Virus record (IMG/VR): IMGVR_UViG_3300009710_000010
Coordinates: 1-64,000 of that record
Strand: one strand, 5' to 3'
Source of the DNA: a virus
Lineage: Duplodnaviria; Caudoviricetes
DNA length: 64,000 nucleotides
The notes under the pieces: model-generated
The model's input: the letters and a program-made list of their open reading frames with translations, nothing else
What the model was told of the DNA's origin: nothing
Databases searched by the model: none
Program-made: the position numbers and the translations under genes
In this document: positions 1 through 9,552 of the stretch, piece by piece
Numbering within the stretch: the first letter of the stretch is position 1
Layout: each line of letters opens with the position of its first letter

Positions 1-159
1 AGTGTCAATCACCATGACCCAAATATCGGTTTTAGACTTCACGATCTTTACAGGGATTGTAAGTTCTTTAGCTTCGGCATACTGATTTACAAAGAAAGCA
101 GCTAATAACACTAAAAGTACAGTCCAGACTCTTTGAGTCCATTTTTCTAATGTTTCCAC
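1..159 (-). CDS. 5' part of a secreted protein, possibly a subtilisin-like (S8) protease; runs off the left edge
   Basis: Not in the ORF track. Hand translation from GTG at 159: METLEKWTQRVWTVLLVLLAAFFVNQYAEA-KELTIPVKIVKSKTDIWVMVIDT..., i.e. a signal peptide (AEA cleavage site) followed by VMVIDT, resembling the subtilase catalytic-Asp motif VxVIDTG. Confidence 0.45.
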   Translation of the reverse strand, partial: METLEKWTQRVWTVLLVLLAAFFVNQYAEAKELTIPVKIVKSKTDIWVMVIDT

Positions 160-161
160 AA

Positions 162-644
162 TTACCCCGCTAATTTTTGTAGAAGTTCTATAGAAGAGAC
201 AGTAGCATCTCTCATGAACTTCTCATAAATTCTGTAGTAAATTAACATGGCTTTCTTTGCGTTAGCCTTTTCCATAGAATCAAATGACCAACTACAATTT
301 TGATCAGGTCTTGCAACTTTTGAATAGACTGTAAAAGTAACTTCGTCAATAGTATAGTCGTCAATATACTCTTGACCTAACTTTTCAATTAAAAGTAGAG
401 TTTTCTTACCTTTAAAACCTTGGAAAATCTTATGAATCTCTTCTTGGATAGCCTCGATTAAAGCCATAGATTCTATTTTAAGTTGTTGACTTTTAAACAT
501 AGATTGATTTTGAATATGAATTCTACGGTCCAATTCAGCTTCAATTAAACTATAAATAGGGTCTGATTCTTTTAAAGAGTCTAAAACTATATAAAGAGCA
601 TCCTCGCTTAACTTTGTTACGTTTTCGTTTGTTACTTTTAACAT
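162..644 (-). CDS. Hypothetical protein; paralog of the predicted reciprocal inversion product at 33.1-33.9 kb
   Basis: 160-aa ORF with GGAGG RBS. The C-half motif GQE..Y.I...W.F...E.A..KK..LIYYR.Y is shared with ORF 32938..33396. Confidence 0.75.
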   Translation of the reverse strand: MLKVTNENVTKLSEDALYIVLDSLKESDPIYSLIEAELDRRIHIQNQSMFKSQQLKIESMALIEAIQEEIHKIFQGFKGKKTLLLIEKLGQEYIDDYTIDEVTFTVYSKVARPDQNCSWSFDSMEKANAKKAMLIYYRIYEKFMRDATVSSIELLQKLAG

Positions 645-663
645 ATAGCCTCCGTATATATAA

Positions 664-692
664 ATATTACAAAATCCAACTATACTTGTAAA
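664..692 (-). promoter_or_regulatory. Sigma70-type promoter TTTACA-17-TAATAT containing an AAGTATAGT box
   Basis: Hexamers and 17-nt spacer read directly upstream of ORF 162..644. Confidence 0.55.
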
Positions 693-747
693 ATAAATAA
701 AATGCCAGTACCCACTTAATACAGTAGCCGTTTCACATAGATATGGT

Positions 748-760
748 TGGTTGATATAAT
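748..760 (+). promoter_or_regulatory. Extended -10 promoter (TGGTTGATATAAT) for the tail operon
   Basis: TGn-TATAAT; the identical 13-mer recurs at 14884-14896 upstream of the long tail-fibre gene. Confidence 0.55.
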
Positions 761-791
761 TAATCTTAGATTAAGATGGAGATAAGTTACT

Positions 792-1205
792 ATGAATAAT
801 CAGATTCCAAGCACTACAAAAGTGTTTCAAATCGATATAGTTGGGTCGGTCACTAAAAAGAGATTTTTAGGTGATTTTGAATGCAAAATTCCGACTATGA
901 AAGATCAAGCCTTAATCGCAAAACACGAAGCCATGTTGAATGGCGAATTCCCAGTTTATCTTAATCAAGGTGTCTTAAAGCTCCATAAATGGATAGCTTA
1001 TCTTCGTTTTACATTAATAAATACTCCAAGATTCTGGCAAGAATCAGAGCTAGGATATGACCTTCGAGACCCAAATGTGGTTGAAGAAGTTTATGATCAA
1101 GTCCTAAAATTCGAACAAGAATGGTATAACGAAATCTGGGGTGTTGAAGAGTTCGAAAAAGAGGCAGCTGCGAATGAAGAAGCAGACAAAAAAGAAGAAG
1201 CTTGA
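792..1205 (+). CDS. Putative tail assembly chaperone
   Basis: 137 aa with acidic C-terminus; canonical position two genes upstream of the tape measure gene. Confidence 0.55.
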   Translation: MNNQIPSTTKVFQIDIVGSVTKKRFLGDFECKIPTMKDQALIAKHEAMLNGEFPVYLNQGVLKLHKWIAYLRFTLINTPRFWQESELGYDLRDPNVVEEVYDQVLKFEQEWYNEIWGVEEFEKEAAANEEADKKEEA

Positions 1206-1578
1206 TCCGTATAAGAACCTAAAAAGATTAGGCTATAATACGAGTCAGCTTCCTGAAAGATATAATAAAGATCAGTTAGTTACTTATGCCAAATTTTCTT
1301 TGGCTAAGTTTTCTAAAAGACTACTTAAGGATCCAATTTGGGATGAGTATACCGAAGAGGAGTTATTGATTGAGTTTTTTGCTCACCAATTTGAAGATAA
1401 TGATAAGCTTCGAATTGAGTTTGAACAAGAGATGAACTTAAATCAAGGTGTAGTAGATGATTTTGCAGCTTGGGCTGATAAGAAAATGGCCGAAGATGCT
1501 AAAGAGCGAGAACAAATAATGGGGGAGGCTGAAGACTCTATAAGTTTCAGTCCAGACGACGTAATGGGAGATGATTAA
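1174..1578 (+). CDS. Putative second tail chaperone ORF (own ATG at 1174, or frameshift extension of 792..1205)
   Basis: Overlaps the preceding ORF in the +1 frame; GAGG at 1161 precedes ATG 1174; TAATG overlap with the tape measure gene. Confidence 0.5.
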   Translation: MKKQTKKKKLDPYKNLKRLGYNTSQLPERYNKDQLVTYAKFSLAKFSKRLLKDPIWDEYTEEELLIEFFAHQFEDNDKLRIEFEQEMNLNQGVVDDFAAWADKKMAEDAKEREQIMGEAEDSISFSPDDVMGDD

Positions 1579-3548
1579 TGAGTTCCTCACTGAAGATTTC
1601 GGCAGATACATCCGAAGTCAAAAAGTCGATCCTCGATATAGGTAAATCTTTAAAAGATCTTAAAGGTTCTAAGGTTTCTGTATTTAATGCAGAAGATCGT
1701 AAATTCATCAAAACTGAAATGAAAAAGGAAATAGCCTTGATGAAAGTCAGGCTTAAAGAGAACCGTGAAGAAATCGCTAAAATGGTATCTGAACAAAAAA
1801 AGATGACTCAAGGTTCTAAAGAAGAACTTGAAATTCGTAAAAAGATCTTAGAAGGTTATAAAACTCAAGCTAAATTGGCAAGAGAAATGGGTCAAGCCCA
1901 AAAAGCTTCAAAAGCTGGTGGCTCGGTAGACCAAAGTGCTGGTGGAGTTATGGGATCCTTAATGGGATTCTTAAGATTAATTCCTGGAATTGGTGCAGTT
2001 GCAACTATAGGTTACGCTGCGATGAAAGGAAAAGCTGCCAATGATCAGTATAAAGCAGGAGCAGTTGACAGAAATAGACTTACTGGTTTAGGTGGCGGTG
2101 ATCAAAACTTCGGATCTGCCCAAGATTTAGCACGTGTGGGATTGACCGAACAAGAAATGATTCAACGTAGAATTGAAGCATCTTCCCGTTTAGGAGGAGC
2201 TGCCACAAATCAATCTGAAATGAGAAACGCTGCGTTTGAAAGAGCATTTGGTCTTGAAGGTGGAATGATGACTGGAATTGCCAGCCAACTTCGTGGATCT
2301 TTCGGAGCTCAAGGTGGTCAAGACGCTCAGTTGAAATTACAAGCTTCAGTTTACGCAGCAGGTATTGAGGAGGCTTTAGCACCTTATCTTGAAGCTGCAA
2401 CTCAATTACTTTCTTCAATTAACGAAACAGGAACCCAACAAACTAATGAAATTACTAGTATGTTGGCGCAACTGACTAAAGACGGTGAACGAACTCCAGA
2501 GCTAATGGCTAAAACATTTGCTTCTATTAATGACGCAGTTAAAGGTTCTACCGGTGAACAAAACGCTTACTTGCAAACTGCATTTGCAAGAGCAGGTATT
2601 GGTGGCGGTACTTTAGGCGGAACTAGATTTGCTATGGCGTCTGGTGGCATCATGGGGCAAGATCGCGCATCACTTGAAAAGCGTGGCTATAATAAAGATC
2701 TTTTAGATCAAATGGAAAAGTCTGGAATGTTTTCTGGAATGGGAAAACGTACTGGTGCTATTTTAGACATGTTTAGACAATCAGGTGGATTAAATCCTGG
2801 CCAATCAGTTTCATCAATTACAAATCCAGACCGAATGGTTGGGATGAATAATTTAGCTAATAATATCTTCGGTACTAAAGGCGATCAAGGGTTTGATGTT
2901 TTAATGATGCTTGAAAAAGTACAAAACAAACAAATGACTCAGAAACAATTTGATGAAAAACTAAAAGAGATGCAAGAAGGAAAAGACCCTACAGTATCTC
3001 GTTTAGATAAGATCAACGGAACGTTGGCTGGTCAAACTGAAGTTTTAAATAAAATCAATACTAATTTAATGGAAACTCTTGGTAAAGAGGCCGTTCAAAT
3101 GGGAAACCAAGCCACTAGAGTTGATAATGAAGGAATCGTCGGCATCAAGAATGTGGCAGGAGCTGTTAATGATTCCGGTGCTACTAAAGCAGCAGGTGAT
3201 GCTGGTGCTGGAATCGGTAAATTCATTAATGACGGTAAAATTGGTGAAGCACTATTTAACATGGGTGAAAGACACCGTACGAATATGTTAAACCAATCTA
3301 TGTCAGATGATGCAATAGTTAAGAAGGCTAAAGAGAGATACCGTAAAGGTGAAGCTTTTAAAGGTTATAAAGATGAAGCAGAAGTTGAAGCTAAAATTCG
3401 TGAATCTTTAAAACAGCAAAGACCACCTACGGCTAAAGAAATTGGAAAAGAAGTTGCAAATGCTCTTAAAGAATCTCCAATTATCAACAATAATAATATG
3501 AAAGTACAGATGCCGGATGGTAAAATCACCGACAGGACTGGTAATTAA
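1578..3548 (+). CDS. Tail tape measure protein
   Basis: 656 aa, helical, Ala/Gly/Gln/Met-rich, with an N-terminal coiled coil and a hydrophobic GIGAVATIGYAA stretch; lies between chaperones and baseplate genes. Confidence 0.75.
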   Translation: MSSSLKISADTSEVKKSILDIGKSLKDLKGSKVSVFNAEDRKFIKTEMKKEIALMKVRLKENREEIAKMVSEQKKMTQGSKEELEIRKKILEGYKTQAKLAREMGQAQKASKAGGSVDQSAGGVMGSLMGFLRLIPGIGAVATIGYAAMKGKAANDQYKAGAVDRNRLTGLGGGDQNFGSAQDLARVGLTEQEMIQRRIEASSRLGGAATNQSEMRNAAFERAFGLEGGMMTGIASQLRGSFGAQGGQDAQLKLQASVYAAGIEEALAPYLEAATQLLSSINETGTQQTNEITSMLAQLTKDGERTPELMAKTFASINDAVKGSTGEQNAYLQTAFARAGIGGGTLGGTRFAMASGGIMGQDRASLEKRGYNKDLLDQMEKSGMFSGMGKRTGAILDMFRQSGGLNPGQSVSSITNPDRMVGMNNLANNIFGTKGDQGFDVLMMLEKVQNKQMTQKQFDEKLKEMQEGKDPTVSRLDKINGTLAGQTEVLNKINTNLMETLGKEAVQMGNQATRVDNEGIVGIKNVAGAVNDSGATKAAGDAGAGIGKFINDGKIGEALFNMGERHRTNMLNQSMSDDAIVKKAKERYRKGEAFKGYKDEAEVEAKIRESLKQQRPPTAKEIGKEVANALKESPIINNNNMKVQMPDGKITDRTGN

Positions 3549-5152
3549 TGGCTAATAACGAGAATAAACTGTCAAACGAAGTTAAGCATATACTACCTCA
3601 GTGTAAGGTGGTGGTTTATCCATGGCAAGAGATCTTAAACGATCCAAATCTCTCAGATGACAAACTAGCAGCTACTACTCGTTTAGATATTTCTAGTCAA
3701 GTCCAATCAGTGACATATCAAAAGAATATGGGGTCTGCTGCTGGATCGTTCTCAATTCAGCTTACAAACTCTCCGAATTACGGCACTAATGATTGGAAAG
3801 ACATTATTAAGCGTGGATATTGGGTTGTAATATATATGACTAACGATGGAGATTTATCTTTAAATCCAGTTGTTGGTCCTAATATTTCTAAAAATAAGAA
3901 ACAAGAGGCTAAGAGAATCCGTTGCGTCGGTTACGTAGAACGGGTTTCAGTTACCGGATCCACACAAGAAAACAGATCTATTGATATTACTTACACTGTG
4001 ACTGGTCGTGATTTTGGGATTGTATATGAAGAAACCAATATTTGGCACAATCTATTTGCATTCGATAAAATCATGTTGGATTCAATTGCTCAAACTAAAT
4101 TGAATATTACTGGTAACGTTAGAGTTCACGATGCTTTAACTTTAATCCACGATTTATTTTACTTTCCATCTAAAATTCCAGGAGCTAAAGTCAACGATAA
4201 TAAATCATTGCTGTCTATAGGACTTCAATGGCTTCTTCCAAAAGAAATGTTAATCGATATTGGATTTAATCTCTCAGGAGTTACAAATGGCACATACTGG
4301 GGAGCACTTCCTGGAGTATTTAAAGCATCACCTACTGGAGCAGGTATTGCAGTTGAACAACCTGGTGATTACTTAAATGGTAATGCTTGGGATCAATTAA
4401 AACGATTATCAGTTGCACCTTTCCATGAGTTATTTACAGAACTAGATGATAATGGACTCCCTAGATTAATTTTTAGACCTATTCCTTGGGGTATTGATCA
4501 AGATAAATATCCAAAGAATAAACAAAATATCCCACTTTATAAAGACATTAAAGAGATCGTAACTGTTCCAGCTGTAGATCTTTATGACTTTGATTTAGGT
4601 GAGGACGAAAATTCACGATATAATTCATTCCTTGCAACTGTATCTACAACTCTAATTAATACAGAAGACAACATCAGTCTTTTAACTGGTAAAGGTTTTC
4701 CAAAGAATAACTCAGCTTCTATTAGACGCCATGGTTTTAGACCTATGCATGTTACAGTAGACTCGATTGTTAAAAATGAAGAACTAGGTAATGGTTCTGC
4801 AGATCAACAGCAATTAACAGAATTCAATGAAATTCTATATGATTACTGGAATAATGCAGTGTTTGCTGAATCTGGATCAGTTACTAAATTAGGAACTAAT
4901 GATTTAAAAATCGGTAAAGTTATGAAATTTAAAGCCGATGTTCCTTATTTATCATCTAAACGATATTATATTGAAGGTTATACTGATACATTTATCGTTG
5001 GAGAAAAACGTGAACGAGAGTGGACTCAAGAGGTTAATTTAACCAGAGGTTTCGAAGAAGCTGACTTAGCTGCTAAGAAGGGTTTCTTAAGTAGAAATAC
5101 CACATTTACTCAATCTGGAAGCTTTATTAAAGGTGAAGGGGAGAATAAATAA
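3548..5152 (+). CDS. Putative baseplate hub protein (gp27/late control D-like)
   Basis: 534 aa; motifs LDISSQVQSV..K....GSFSIQL, VTGRDFG, ELFTE...LIFRPIPW and YYIEG.......W......RG; follows the tape measure gene. Confidence 0.6.
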   Translation: MANNENKLSNEVKHILPQCKVVVYPWQEILNDPNLSDDKLAATTRLDISSQVQSVTYQKNMGSAAGSFSIQLTNSPNYGTNDWKDIIKRGYWVVIYMTNDGDLSLNPVVGPNISKNKKQEAKRIRCVGYVERVSVTGSTQENRSIDITYTVTGRDFGIVYEETNIWHNLFAFDKIMLDSIAQTKLNITGNVRVHDALTLIHDLFYFPSKIPGAKVNDNKSLLSIGLQWLLPKEMLIDIGFNLSGVTNGTYWGALPGVFKASPTGAGIAVEQPGDYLNGNAWDQLKRLSVAPFHELFTELDDNGLPRLIFRPIPWGIDQDKYPKNKQNIPLYKDIKEIVTVPAVDLYDFDLGEDENSRYNSFLATVSTTLINTEDNISLLTGKGFPKNNSASIRRHGFRPMHVTVDSIVKNEELGNGSADQQQLTEFNEILYDYWNNAVFAESGSVTKLGTNDLKIGKVMKFKADVPYLSSKRYYIEGYTDTFIVGEKREREWTQEVNLTRGFEEADLAAKKGFLSRNTTFTQSGSFIKGEGENK

Positions 5153-6144
5153 TGAAACGCAGATGGAACGGTTCGATTCAATCTTCTAATACTCCATATT
5201 TTGGAGCACCAGGTACTTCTAGAACTGATTATGCACTATATAGATGCATGATTATTCAAGTCCATTATGTGGATGATCCACAAAACATTACAAAGAACTC
5301 TCAAAATCCAGAAGTGCTTTATACATGCATCATTTTAGGTGGGGCTGCGACTGGTCAACAGATTTCATTTTGTAGACTTGCTCAATATCTAAACTATTCT
5401 GAAAGAACATTAACCCCATCTTCTAAAGATCCAGCTAAAGTTAAATTAAGTCAACACGATGGTGATATTGTCTGGGTTCAATTTGTTCAAGGGCATGATG
5501 CGTATCCTATAATTATAGGTCTTGCTAAAGGTTTGACTGATAAAACAGGTGCTAAAAAGGCAGATGGTCCAAGACTTATTGAAGAGTATAACGGTTTAAT
5601 CCGTAATATAAACAATAAAGGTGAAATCACTCAGACTATGATGGGTGGAGCTGTTAAAGACGGACGCTTTACAGCAAATAAAGAATCTATAATTAAACAA
5701 GAGTGGCTTTCTACTGAACAACTTATTCATACTTTCAAGAGTGGTTTAAAACTTACAATTGATGGTAAGAACGATAAAGTTACTCAAAAATTCGCTGGTG
5801 GTTTAGAAGCGTCTTACGATGGTAAAAACGATAAAGCTGAAATTAAAACAGCAGCTGGAGCCGTAATGACTATTGATGGTAAAGGCTCAAAGATTACAAT
5901 TAAAACTGGATCCACTGAAGTAACAATCGACGGTAATTCAGGTAAAATCACATTAAAAGGTGAAATGATCGATTTAGGTGCTTCTGTATCTGACTTCGTA
6001 ACTCAATTCACCCAACTTGCTACAGCGTTTGCAACTCATATGCATTTGTATTCTCCAGGGCCTGGTGGTCCTACTCCAACATCTCCACCGATGGCTCCGT
6101 TATTAACAACTGTAGGAAGTCAAACAGTAAAGGTACAACCATAA
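5152..6144 (+). CDS. Baseplate central spike (gpV/gp5-like)
   Basis: N-terminal OB-like GDIVWVQFVQG..YPIIIG, beta-helix repeats (LTIDGKNDK, MTIDGKGSKITIKTG) and a C-terminal HMH metal-binding tip. Confidence 0.7.
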   Translation: MKRRWNGSIQSSNTPYFGAPGTSRTDYALYRCMIIQVHYVDDPQNITKNSQNPEVLYTCIILGGAATGQQISFCRLAQYLNYSERTLTPSSKDPAKVKLSQHDGDIVWVQFVQGHDAYPIIIGLAKGLTDKTGAKKADGPRLIEEYNGLIRNINNKGEITQTMMGGAVKDGRFTANKESIIKQEWLSTEQLIHTFKSGLKLTIDGKNDKVTQKFAGGLEASYDGKNDKAEIKTAAGAVMTIDGKGSKITIKTGSTEVTIDGNSGKITLKGEMIDLGASVSDFVTQFTQLATAFATHMHLYSPGPGGPTPTSPPMAPLLTTVGSQTVKVQP

Positions 6145-6145
6145 T

Positions 6146-7360
6146 ATGCCAGGACCTACTTTATCACCAGCAGAAATTGCTCAATTGCAGAAAGAAAAAG
6201 CCAAAGCTGAATCTGCAGCCGCTACTTATGCGGCAGCAGTTGCAGGTCAACAACAGCGTGCAGCAGAACTTGCTGTAGCTGATGGTGCTTTTAAGAAATT
6301 CTTTGATTACTATAATAATGACATCATTGGTAAATACGATTTAGAAAGACGCTGGATTAATGGTTACACTCTAACAAGTCCAGTTACCGAAGCAGACATT
6401 ATCAATTGTGCTAACTTAGGTGGTGGAAGATTACAACCAGCTCTTCCGGCAACTGATGTAATTAGAATATCTCAGTTCGATGGTACACCAAGTACCACTG
6501 ACCCAGATAACGAACTTCAACATATTACTGATCAAGCTCCTAAAGAAACTGTTTTAGTTTCAGGTTACGGTGGAACTGCTCCAGCGTTGACAGTAGTAAC
6601 AGATTCAACTTTATCAGCTGCATCTACAACTTTGACTCTTACCGATCCTGCAGCTACGTTTTCTCTTACTCCAGGAAACGTTTATGTTGTAAAACATACA
6701 GGAACAATTGCAGTATTTAAAGTACTTACTTTTGTAATGCAAACTTCGCCAGTTCCTCCACCATATGTGGCCAATTTAACTATTCAAATGATCGTACCAC
6801 CTACTGGAACTATTCCAACAGGTAAAACGATTGATGTATTTACTGGTTTTAATAACACTGAAAGAACGAATAAAACCGCTACAGTTGAACCGTTATATCA
6901 GCCTTTAATGGATTATCTAATTTTAGATCTTCAAACCCACATTAATACTAAGAGAATTCCCGTATTAAATAATCAATTAGCTGCGATTGCGGCTAATCAA
7001 GATCCAGATGGAGCGGCTCAATTATTAGCTGCGTCAGGTAACGTAAATGCATCAAAAACGTTCCTTACAAATTATTTAGTAACGACTGATATTTCTAATA
7101 CAGGTCTTGCTTCACTTGCTTCTGAAAGAGCATCTAGAACAACTCAAGCCAACACTCGAGTGGGCCAAATTATTGCAAACTACACTGGTCAATCTAAGAA
7201 TTACTATAATGAAAGATACAACGCAGCTAACAATCGAGCTAATACTTCTAGAGGAAGTTTAAGATTACAAAAGAATGCTGAACAGGTAGCTTCTCAGTCT
7301 CAAGGGTTTGCTGATACTCTTACAGCACAAGCAGGAGCCATCGGCGATATACTCCCTTAA
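6146..7360 (+). CDS. Virion structural protein of unknown function
   Basis: 404 aa with helical ends around a beta-rich core; inside the baseplate operon. Confidence 0.5.
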   Translation: MPGPTLSPAEIAQLQKEKAKAESAAATYAAAVAGQQQRAAELAVADGAFKKFFDYYNNDIIGKYDLERRWINGYTLTSPVTEADIINCANLGGGRLQPALPATDVIRISQFDGTPSTTDPDNELQHITDQAPKETVLVSGYGGTAPALTVVTDSTLSAASTTLTLTDPAATFSLTPGNVYVVKHTGTIAVFKVLTFVMQTSPVPPPYVANLTIQMIVPPTGTIPTGKTIDVFTGFNNTERTNKTATVEPLYQPLMDYLILDLQTHINTKRIPVLNNQLAAIAANQDPDGAAQLLAASGNVNASKTFLTNYLVTTDISNTGLASLASERASRTTQANTRVGQIIANYTGQSKNYYNERYNAANNRANTSRGSLRLQKNAEQVASQSQGFADTLTAQAGAIGDILP

Positions 7361-7398
7361 TTTGATACAATTATAGTTAGATTTAAGATGGAGATTTT

Positions 7399-9543
7399 GT
7401 GGCTTTTGGGATCAATGATTTAATCAATAACATTCAGGGTTCATTGGACGGATTGATTGCCGACTTTAAAGGTGAATCAAATAAAGTCGTTCAGTATCAC
7501 CAGGGTGTAGCCGAATTTAAAGCTATTCAATCTCAACTTAATCCTGAAAATTGGTCAAAGTTAAGTTTTCCATATACTTTTTCAGTCATTAATTTAAAGA
7601 ATCCAAACGATAATGGTGGTTTTTCAGACTTCCAACTACCTTTGGCGCCTTCAGCTATAAATCAAAAAGAACAACCAGCTATCTCTATAAAACCGTCTCA
7701 AGGTGGTACAACCGTTGGCCATTCTGGAATGTCTTATGGACAATTAAACATAAATGGAACTACAGGTCTTGCACCATTCCGTGGCGAAGGCGGAGTTAAT
7801 CGTAAAACTGGTGAAGCTATACTTCAACCTAAAGACTTAAAACATAAGTCAGGATACGAAGTTTTCATACATTTAAGAAATTGGTTTAGAACTTACTATC
7901 AATTTAAAAAAGTCAGAGGTCAAAACGCCAAAGACTATGTTTTAGTTTTTAAGAACTATAAAGATGGAGAGTTTTTAATTGTTGAACTTGAAGATTTCGA
8001 AATGGATCGTCAAGCTGCCCGTTCTTTATTATATGACTATAAGATCCAATTCAAGATACTCTCTCACTTTACATTCAAAAACCCAGCATCTAAAACAGGT
8101 TTCTTAGCGGATACTGATGCTTTTATCAATTCAGCTTTAGACAAAATCAATACAGCTCGTGGGGTATTTTTAAGAACCCAAGGTATACTTCGTCAGATCG
8201 AATCTACGTATGATGCTTCAGTTCTTGAACCACTTCGCCAATCTACTTTAGCAATTAAGTCACTTTTAGGTGTACCTATAGTTGCCGCTGATATTTCATC
8301 TAGAACGATTGTGAATACAGTTTCTACAGCATCAGCTTTATTAATTGCTTCTAGAGAAGCTGTTAATTTTGCCACATTACAGGCTACTGGATCTTCTGAG
8401 ACTATTCAAGAGATCGAAGGCTTATTGGATAAACGATTATTTGGTACTAAAAATACATTACAAAAGACTTTTGACGCCGCTAATCAACAGATGAAACAAA
8501 AAGGTTCATCAGGCTTCTCTGTATTGGGTGGGTTAATGATGAAGATGGATGCTGGACAATTCCCAGAGAAAACTTTATCAATGACTGCAGAAGAACAGTC
8601 TAGAGCGGTAGAACTTCCTAGAAATTTCTATGAACAAGCTATTGAGTCTTTAGAACGGGTAAAGAAAAATGCAGAGGACTATTTTAATCTTGGCTCTACT
8701 TCTTATGATAATATTTTTGACCGAACCTCAACTCTAAATGCAGATTTTACTAAAGTTCCAACTAATGATGAATACGACATGTTGAACGCGTTTAATGAAG
8801 CAATCATAGGTCTTAATTTGTTGTTATCAACGACCGATATGTTTAAATCTTCTTTCGATGAGAAGGTTCAAGATATGGTTAACCGATTTGACGGTAATAT
8901 TGAGTTGTTTGCAAATCAAGCTGTTAAACAGATTAAGCTTCAGCAAGGTACTACTTTAGAACGTTTAGCACAACAAGAACTAGGTGATTCAACTCGTTGG
9001 GGTGAGATCGTTGAAGTAAATGGACTTAAAGCTCCGTATTTATCAGATGATCCTAATGAATCTAGAGATGGTGTTTTAGGACCTGGTCGTAATATTTTAA
9101 TTCCAATTCCTGTTCAAAACGGTTTCAGTCAAGTTCCTGTAGGTAAAGAAAATAAGCTTACTAAGAATATGTCTGAATTAGAAAGATCTTTAGGTACAGA
9201 TTTAAAGATCAATAAAGACTTTGACTTAGTCCTTACTTCTTCAGGAGATCTTGAACTTGTGGCTGGAGCTGATAACATGGCTCAAGGAACATTACTTAAA
9301 TTAAGTTATGAACCTGGTGAAGTTATGCTTTACCCAGAACTTGGGTCTGGTCTAGTAGTTGGTAAGAAGTTTCCTCCAATTGAGGATATTAAAGACCGTA
9401 TCACAAATTCATTGTTACAAGATAATCGTATCCACAAAGTGGCTGACTTAAGTTTGATTAGAGATGGTGGAGCTTTATATATTAGTTTCAACTTACATAT
9501 CAAACAAATTGACATTCCCGTACCAGTAAAAATTAAGGTATAA
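7399..9543 (+). CDS. Baseplate protein: tube-initiator-like N-terminus, LysM-like domain and C-terminal gp25/GPW-like domain
   Basis: TLERLAQQELGDSTRWGEIVEVNGL (LysM-like); GDLELVAGADNMAQ...GE...YPELGS...LLQDNRI (gp25-like). Confidence 0.65.
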   Translation: MAFGINDLINNIQGSLDGLIADFKGESNKVVQYHQGVAEFKAIQSQLNPENWSKLSFPYTFSVINLKNPNDNGGFSDFQLPLAPSAINQKEQPAISIKPSQGGTTVGHSGMSYGQLNINGTTGLAPFRGEGGVNRKTGEAILQPKDLKHKSGYEVFIHLRNWFRTYYQFKKVRGQNAKDYVLVFKNYKDGEFLIVELEDFEMDRQAARSLLYDYKIQFKILSHFTFKNPASKTGFLADTDAFINSALDKINTARGVFLRTQGILRQIESTYDASVLEPLRQSTLAIKSLLGVPIVAADISSRTIVNTVSTASALLIASREAVNFATLQATGSSETIQEIEGLLDKRLFGTKNTLQKTFDAANQQMKQKGSSGFSVLGGLMMKMDAGQFPEKTLSMTAEEQSRAVELPRNFYEQAIESLERVKKNAEDYFNLGSTSYDNIFDRTSTLNADFTKVPTNDEYDMLNAFNEAIIGLNLLLSTTDMFKSSFDEKVQDMVNRFDGNIELFANQAVKQIKLQQGTTLERLAQQELGDSTRWGEIVEVNGLKAPYLSDDPNESRDGVLGPGRNILIPIPVQNGFSQVPVGKENKLTKNMSELERSLGTDLKINKDFDLVLTSSGDLELVAGADNMAQGTLLKLSYEPGEVMLYPELGSGLVVGKKFPPIEDIKDRITNSLLQDNRIHKVADLSLIRDGGALYISFNLHIKQIDIPVPVKIKV

Positions 9544-9552
9544 AGGTGTAAT

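Noticed and set aside
1185-1195. Canonical -1 frameshift in the tail chaperone
   Set aside because: The downstream ORF is in the +1 frame, so a -1 slip would not enter it.
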